DNA from: Centroscyllium fabricii
Lineage: Eukaryota
Direction of reading: 5' to 3'
DNA: 64,000 nt
NCBI GenBank assembly: GCA_051313645.2
Contig: JBNRSN020000118.1
Location: 1,054,001 to 1,118,000 of the forward strand
Part shown: piece by piece, positions 56,501 through 64,000 of the stretch
How the letters are laid out: every line of letters starts with the position of its first letter
How positions within the stretch are numbered: the stretch's first letter is position 1
Position numbers and translations under genes: made by a program
Notes under the pieces: model-generated
Database searches by the model: none
The model's input: the letters and a program-made list of their open reading frames with translations, nothing else
Told to the model about the DNA's origin: nothing

Positions 56501-59500
56501 CATCATGTTGTCGTGCACACTGTTCAGATGTTCATCTTGTTGTGGTGCCCACAGTACAGATGTTCATCATGTTGTTGTGCACAATTTAGAGATGTTCATC
56601 ATGTTGTGGAGCACAATGTACAGATGTTCATCATGTTGTTGTGCACAATTTAGAGATGTTCATCCTGTTGTGGTGCACACTGTACAGATGTTCATCTTGT
56701 TGTGGTGCACACTGTACAGATGTTCATCTTATTGTGTTGCACACTGTACAGATATTCATCTTGTTGTGCTGCACACTGTACAGATGTTCATCATGTTGTG
56801 GTGCACATTTTACAGATGTTCATCTTGTTGTGGTGCACATTGTAGAGATGTTCACCATGTTGTGGTGCACACTGTACAGATGTTCATCTTGTTGTGGTGC
56901 ACACTGTACAGATGTTCATCAAGTTGTAGTGCACACTGTGCAGATGTTCATCATGTTGTGGTGCACACTGTACAGATGTTCATCTTGTTGTGGTGCACAT
57001 TGTACAGATGTTCATCATGTTGTGGTGCATACTGTACAGATGTACATCTTGTTGTGGTGCACACTGTACAGACGTTCATCATGTTGTGCTGCACACTTTA
57101 CAGATGTTCATCATGCTGTTGTGCACAATGTACAGATGCTCATCTCGTTGTGGTGCAAACTGTACAGATGTTCATCATTTTGTGGTACACACTGTACAGA
57201 TGTTCATCATGTTGTGGACCACACTGTACAGATGTTCATCTTGTTGTGGTGCACGCTGTACAGATGTTCATCATGTTGTAGTGCACACTGTACAGATGTT
57301 CATCATGTTGTGGTGCACACTGTAGAAATGTTCATCTTATTGTGTTGAACACTGTACAGATGTTCATCTTGTTGTGGTGCACACTGTACAGATGTTCATC
57401 ATGTTGTTGTGCACAATGTACAGATGTTCATCTTGTTGTGGTGCACACTGTACAGATGTTCATCTTGTTGTGGTGCACACAGTACAGATGTTCATCATAT
57501 TGTGTTGCACACTGTACAGATGTTCATCTTGATGTGGGGCACAATGTACAGATGTTCATCATGTTGTGGTGCACACTGTACAGATGTTCATCTTGTTGTG
57601 GTGCACACTGTACAGATGTTCATCATGTTGTGGTGCGCACTGTACTGATGTTCATCATGTTGTGGTGCACATTGTATAGATGTTCATCATGTTGTGGTGC
57701 ACACTGTACAGACGTTCATCATGTTGTTGTGCACACTGTACAGATGTTCATCATGTTGTGCTGCACAATGTACAATTGTTCATCTTGTTGTGGTGCACAC
57801 GGTACAGATGTTCATCATGTTGTGGTGCACACTGTACAGATGTTCAACATGTTGTGGTGCACACTGTACAGATGTTCGTCATGTTGTGGTGCACACTGTG
57901 CAGATGTTCATCATGTTGTTGTGCACAATGTACAGATGTTCATCTTGCTGTGGTGCACACTGTACAGATGTTCATCATGTTGTGGTGCACATTGTACAGA
58001 TGTTCATCATGTTGTGGTGCACAATGTACAGATGTTCATCATGTTGTGGTGCACACTGTACAGATGTTCATCATGTTGTGGTGCACACTGTACAGATGTT
58101 CATCTTGTTTTGGTGCACACTGTACAGATGTTCATCATGTTGTGGTGCACACTGTACAGATGTTCATCATGTTGTGGTGCACACTGTACAAATGTTCATC
58201 TTATTGTGTTGCACACTGTACAGATGTTCATCTTGTTGTGGTGCACACTGTACAGATGTTCATCATGTTGTGGTGCACACTGTACAGATGTTCACCTTGT
58301 TGTGGTGCACACTGTACAGATGTTCACCTTGTTGTGGTGCACACTGTACAGATGTTCATCATATTGTGGTGCACACTGTACAGATGTTCATCTTGTTGTG
58401 GATCGCACTGTACAGATGTTCATCATGTTGTGGTGCACACTGTACAGATGTTCATCATGTTGTGCTGCACACTGTACAGATGTTCACCTTTTTTGGTGCA
58501 CACTGTACAGATGCTCATTTTGTTGTGGTGCAAACTGTACAGATGTGCATCATGTTGTGGTACACACTGTACAGATGCTCATCATGTTGTGGTGCACACT
58601 GTACAGATGTTCATCTTGTTGTGGTGCACACTGTACAGATGTTCATCTTGTTGTGGTGCACACTGTACAGATGTTCATCATGTTGTGGTGCACACTGTAC
58701 AGATGTTCATCATGTTGTGGTGCACACTGTACAGATGTTCATCATGTTGTGGTGCACGCTGTACAGATGTTCACCTTCTTGTGGTGTGCACAGTACAGAT
58801 GTTCATCATGTTGTGGTGCACACTGTACTGATGTTCATCTTGTTGTGGTGCACACTGTACAGATGTTCCTCATGTTGTGGTGCACACTGTACAGATGTTC
58901 ATCATGTTGTGGTGCACACTGTACAGATGTTCATCTTGTTGTGGTGCACACTGTACAGATGTTCATCATGTTGTGGTGCACACTGTACAGATGTTCATCA
59001 TGTTGTGGTGCACAATGTACAGATGTCCATCATGTTGTGGTGCGCACTGTACAGATGTTCATCTTGTTGCGGTGCACACTGTACAGATGTTCATCTTGTT
59101 GATTTGCACACTGTACAGATCTTCATCTTGTTGTGGTGCACTCTGTACAGAAGTTAATCATGTTGTTGTGCACATTGTTCAGATGTTCATCTTGTTGTGG
59201 TGCACATTGTACAGATGTTCACCATGTTGTGGTGCACACTGTACATATGTTCATCTTGTTGTGGTGCACACTGTACAGATGTTCATCATGTTGTAGTGCA
59301 CACTGTGCAGATGTTCATCTTGTTGTGGTGCACACTGTACAGATGTTCATCTTGTTGAGGTGCACACTGTACAGATGTTCATCATGTTGTGGTGCACACT
59401 GTACAGATGTTCATCATGTTGTGGTACACACTGTACAGATGTTCATCATGTTGTGGTGCACACTGTACAGATGTTCATCATGTTGTGGTGCACACTGTAC

Positions 59501-61000
59501 AAATGTTCATCTTTTTGTGTTGCACACTGTACAGATGTTCATCTTGTTGTGGAGCACACTGTAAAGATGTTCACCATGTTGTGGTGCATACTGTACAGAT
59601 GTTCATCTTGTTGTGGTGCACACTGTACAGATGTTCATCTTGTTGTGGTGCGCACTGTACAGATGTTCATCATATTGTGGTGCACACTGTACAGATGTTC
59701 ATCTTGTTGTGGTGCACAATGTACAGATGTTCGACATGTTGTGGTGCCCACTGTAGAGATGTTCAACATGTTGTGGTGCACACTGTACAGATGTTCATCA
59801 TGTTGTGGTGCACACTGTACAGATGTTCATCATGTTGTGATGCACATTGTACAGATGTTCATCATGTTGTGGTGCACACTGTACAGATGTTCATCATGTT
59901 GTGGTGCACACTGTACAGATGTTCATCATGTTGTGGTGCACAATGTACAGATGTTCATCTTGTTGTGGTGCACACTGTACAGATGTTCATCATGTTGTGG
60001 TGCACACTGTACAGATGTACATCATGTTGTGTTGCACACTGTACAGATGTTCAACATGTTGTGGTGCACACTGTACAGATGTTCATCATGTTGTGGTGCA
60101 CACTGTACAGATGTTCATCATGTTGTGGTGCACAATGTACAGATGTTCATCTTGTTGTGGAGCGCACTGTACAGATGTTCATCATGTTGTCGTGCACATT
60201 GTACAGATGTTCATCATGTTGTGGTGCACACTGCACAGATGTTAATCATGTTGTGGTGCACACTGTACAGATGTTCATCATGTTGTGGTGCACACTGTAC
60301 AGATGTTCATCTTGTTGAGGTGCACAATGTACAGATGTTCATCATGTTGTGGTGCACACTGTACAGATGTTCATCATGTTGTGGTGCACACTTTACAGAT
60401 GTTCATCATGTTGTGGTGCACACTGTACAGATGTTCATCATGTTGTGGTGCACACTGTTCAAATGTTCATCTTATTGTGTTGCACACTGTACAGATGTTC
60501 ATCTTGTTGTTGTGCACATTGTACAGATGTTCATCATGTTGTCGTGCACACTGTTCAGATGTTCATCTTGTTGTGGTGCACACAGTACAGATGTTCATCA
60601 TGTTGTTGTGCACAATTTAGAGATGTTCATCATGTTGTGGAGCACAATGTACAGATGTTCATCATGTTGTTGTGCACAATTTAGAGATGTTCATCCTGTT
60701 GTGGTGCACACTGTACAGATGTTCATCTTGTTGTGGTGCACACTGTACAGATTTTCATCTTGTTGTGTTGCACACTGTACAGATGTTCATCTTGTTGTGC
60801 TGCACACTGTACAGATGTTCATCATGTTGTGGTGCACATTTTACAGATGTTCATCTTGTTGTGGTGCACATTGTAGTGATGTTCACCATGTTGTGGTGCA
60901 CACTGTACAGATGTTCATCTTGTTGTGGTGCACACTGTACAGATGTTCATCAAGTTGTAGTGCACACGGTGCAGATGTTCATCTTGTTGTGGTGCACACT
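50600..61000. repeat. Higher-order repeat domain D: about 2.5 copies of a 4.0-4.26 kb unit
   Basis: Marker GATTTGCACACTGTACAGATCTTCATC at 50879, 55102 and 59101 (offsets 4223, 3999). ORF pairs 51593/55848, 52031/56286, 52386/56641, 52735/56990, 53154/57409 and 53425/57680 all differ by 4255. Confidence 0.87.
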
Positions 61001-64000
61001 GTACAGATGTTCATCTTGTTGTGGTGCACATTGTACAGATGTTCATCATATTGTGGTGCACACTGTACAGATGTTCATCTTGTTGTGGTGCACAATGTAC
61101 AGATGTTCGACATGTTGTGGTGCCCACTGTAGAGATGTTCAACATGTTGTGGTGCACACTGTACAGATGTTCATCATGTTGTGGTGCACACTGTACAGAT
61201 GCTCATCATGTTGTGATGCACATTGTACAGATGTTCATCATGTTGTGGTGCACACTGTACAGATGTTCATCATGTTGTGGTGCACACTGTACAGATGTTC
61301 ATCATGTTGTGGTGCACAATGTACAGATGTTCATCTTGTTGTGGTGCACACTGTACAGATGTTCATCATGTTGTGGTGCACACTGTACAGATGTACATCA
61401 TGTTGTGTTGCACACTGTACAGATGTTCAACATGTTGTGGTGCACACTGTACAGATGTTCATCATGTTGTGGTGCACACTGTACAGATGTTCATCATGTT
61501 GTGGTGCACAATGTACAGATGTTCATCTTGTTGTGGTGCGCACTGTACAGATGTTCATCATGTTGTCGTGCACATTGTACAGATGTTCATCATGTTGTGG
61601 TGCACACTGTACAGATGTTAATCATGTTGTGGTGCACACTGTACAGATGTTCATCATGTTGTGGTGCACACTGTACAGATGTTCATCCTGTTGAGGTGCA
61701 CAATGTACAGATGTTCATCATGTTGTGGTGCACACTGTACAGATGTTCATCATGTTGTGGTGCACACTTTACAGATGTTCATCATGTTGTGGTGCACACT
61801 GTACAGATGTTCATCATGTTGTGGTGCACACTGTACAAATGTTCATCTTATTGTGTTGCACACTGTACAGATGTTCATCTTGTTGTGGTGCACATTGTAC
61901 AGATGTTCATCATGTTGTCGTGCACACTGTTCAGATGTTCATCTTGTTGTGGTGCACACAGTACAGATGTTCATCATGTTGTTGTGCACAATTTAGAGAT
62001 GTTCATCATGTTGTGGAGCACAATTTACAGATGTTCATCATGTTGTTGTGCACAATTTAGAGATGTTCATCCTGTTGTGGTGCACACTGTACAGATGTTC
62101 ATCTTGTTGTGGTGCACACTGTACAGATTTTCATCTTGTTGTGTTGCACACTGTACAGATGTTCATCTTGTTGTGCTGCACACTGTACAGATGTTCATCA
62201 TGTTGTGGTGCACATTTTACAGATGTTCATCTTGTTGTGGTGCACATTGTAGAGATGTTCACCATGTTGTGGTGCACACTGTACAGATGTTCATCTTGTT
62301 GTGGTGCACACTGTACAGATGTTCATCAAGTTGTAGTGCACACTGTGCAGATGTTCATCTTGTTGTGGTGCACACTGTACAGATGTTCATCTTGTTGTGG
62401 TGCACAATGTACCGATGTTCATCATATTGTGGTGCACACTGTACAGATGTTCATCTTGTTGTGGTGCACAATGTACAGATGTTCGACATGTTGTGGTGCC
62501 CACTGTAGAGATGTTCAACATGTTGTGGTGCACACTGTACAGATGTTCATCATGTTGTGGTGCACACTGTACAGATGTTCATCATGTTGTGATGCACATT
62601 GTACAGATGTTCATCATGTTGTGGTGCACACTGTACAGATGTTCATCATGTTGTGGTGCACACTGTACAGATGTTCATCATGTTGTGGTGCACAATGTAC
62701 AGATGTTCATCTTGTTGTGGTGCACACTGTACAGATGTTCATCATGTTGTGGTGCACACTGTACAGATGTACATCATGTTGTGTTGCACACTGTACAGAT
62801 GTTCAACATGTTGTGGTGCACACTGTACAGATGTTCATCATGTTGTGGTGCGCACTGTACAGATGTTCATCATGTTGTGGTGCACAATGTACAGATGTTC
62901 ATCTTGTTGTGGTGCGCACTGTAGAGATGTTCATCATGTTGTCGTGCACATTGTACAGATGTTCATCATGTTGTGGTGCACACTGTACAGAAGTTAATCA
63001 TGTTGTGGTGCACACTGTACAGATGTTCATCATGTTGTGGTGCACACTGTACAGATGTTCAACCTGTTGAGGTGCACAATGTACAGATGTTCATCATGTT
63101 GTGGTGCACACTGTACAGATGTTCATCATGTTGTGGTGCACACTTTACAGATGTTCATCATGTTGTGGTGCACACTGTACAGATGTTCATCATGTTGTGG
63201 TGCACACTGTACAAATGTTCATCTTATTGTGTTGCACACTGTACAGATGTTCATCTTGTTGTGGTGCACATTGTACAGATGTTCATCATGTTGTCGTGCA
63301 CACTGTTCAGATGTTCATCTTGTTGTGGTGCACACAGTACAGATGTTCATCATGTTGTTGTGCACAATTTAGAGATGTTCATCATGTTGTGGAGCACAAT
63401 TTACAGATGTTCATCATGTTGTTGTGCACAATTTAGAGATGTTCATCCTGTTGTGGTGCACACTGTACAGATGTTCATCTTGTTGTGGTGCACACTGTAC
63501 AGATTTTCATCTTGTTGTGTTGCACACTGTACAGATGTTCATCTTGTTGTGCTGCACACTGTACAGATGTTCATCATGTTGTGGTGCACATTTTACAGAT
63601 GTTCATCTTGTTGTGGTGCACATTGTAGAGATGTTCACCATGTTGTGGTGCACACTGTACAGATGTTCATCTTGTTGTGGTGCACACTGTACAGATGTTC
63701 ATCAAGTTGTAGTGCACACTGTGCAGATGTTCATCTTGTTGTGGTGCACACTGTACAGATGTTCATCTTGTTGTGGTGCACAATGTACCGATGTTCATCA
63801 TATTGTGGTGCACACTGTACAGATGTTCATCTTGTTGTGGTGCACAATGTACAGATGTTCGACATGTTGTGGTGCCCACTGTAGAGATGTTCAACATGTT
63901 GTGGTGCACACTGTACAGATGTTCATCATGTTGTGGTGCACACTGTACAGATGTTCATCATGTTGTGATGCACATTGTACAGATGTTCATCATGTTGTGG
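59640..64000. repeat. Higher-order repeat domain E: 1376-bp (43 x 32 bp) unit, at least three near-identical tandem copies, continuing off the window
   Basis: TTCGACATGTTGTGGTGCCCACTGTAGAG at 59730, 61106, 62482 and 63858 (exact 1376 spacing). ORF triplets 59847/61223/62599, 60285/61661/63037 and 60349/61725/63101 share the same spacing. Confidence 0.93.

Larger units (their letters stand above)
1..64000. repeat. 32-bp tandem satellite array, about 2,000 monomers, consensus GTGGTGCACACTGTACAGATGTTCATC(A/T)TGTT; extends past both window edges
   Basis: The same 32-mer is read head-to-tail throughout (e.g. GTGGTGCAC starting at 106, 138, 170, 202 and still at 63901, 63933). Most monomers differ from consensus by only a few substitutions, with occasional 31-bp and 29-bp deletion monomers. 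No unique or inverted segment was seen. Confidence 0.99.

Noticed and set aside
45-63884. Hundreds of + strand ORFs (up to 1522 aa) as protein-coding genes, e.g. metallothionein-like, keratin-associated or zinc-finger proteins
   Set aside because: They overlap in all three frames with the same peptide. The period (32) is not a multiple of 3, stops and 1-bp deletions are scattered, and there is no unique N- or C-terminal domain or codon-position bias. They follow from a stop-free monomer.
1-64000. CRISPR array (32-bp, partly palindromic repeat)
   Set aside because: Repeats are directly adjacent with no unique spacers, and there is no leader or cas gene.
1-64000. Telomeric repeat array or G-quadruplex-forming tract
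   Set aside because: There is a mild T/G strand bias, but the consensus has no run of three or more G. Heavy variant and HOR structure fits recombination-driven satellite better than telomerase-templated repeats. A subtelomeric location is not excluded.
1-64000. Pure sequencing or assembly artefact, or synthetic concatemer
   Set aside because: Rare variants recur in consistent order at exact kilobase offsets, with nested private differences, which random error would not produce. Exact HOR copy numbers still need read-level confirmation.
1-64000. Embedded transposon, tRNA/rRNA gene, inversion or unique island
   Set aside because: None was seen on reading through. All sequence stays in monomer register and the reverse-complement monomer was not observed on the + strand. 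A very short insertion could have been missed by eye.

Overview
The whole 64 kb window is one uninterrupted, single-orientation tandem array (satellite DNA) of about 2,000 copies of a 32-bp monomer, consensus GTGGTGCACACTGTACAGATGTTCATCWTGTT (14/32 G+C, no CpG). I saw no unique sequence, gene, RNA gene, transposon, inversion or spacer. All listed ORFs are best explained by the repeat: the + strand consensus has no stop codon in any frame, and a 32-bp period cycles through all three frames to give a 32-aa Cys/His-rich pseudo-peptide. The real information is in the pattern of variant monomers. These define nested higher-order repeats (HORs): about 4.5 kb at 1-11.8 kb, about 4.06-4.09 kb at 12.1-20.3 kb, a mosaic of 384/544/2496/2780/5916-6233 bp units at 20.9-41.3 kb, about 4.0-4.26 kb at 50.6-61 kb, and a young 1376-bp (43-monomer) unit at 59.6-64 kb. 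There is also a long-range duplication with a 31.8 kb offset. This looks like eukaryotic heterochromatic (peri/centromeric or subtelomeric) satellite, but that is inference, and I cannot name the organism or satellite family. I find no supportable evidence for a new gene system; the findings concern array architecture and monomer motifs. Block boundaries were estimated by eye and are approximate.
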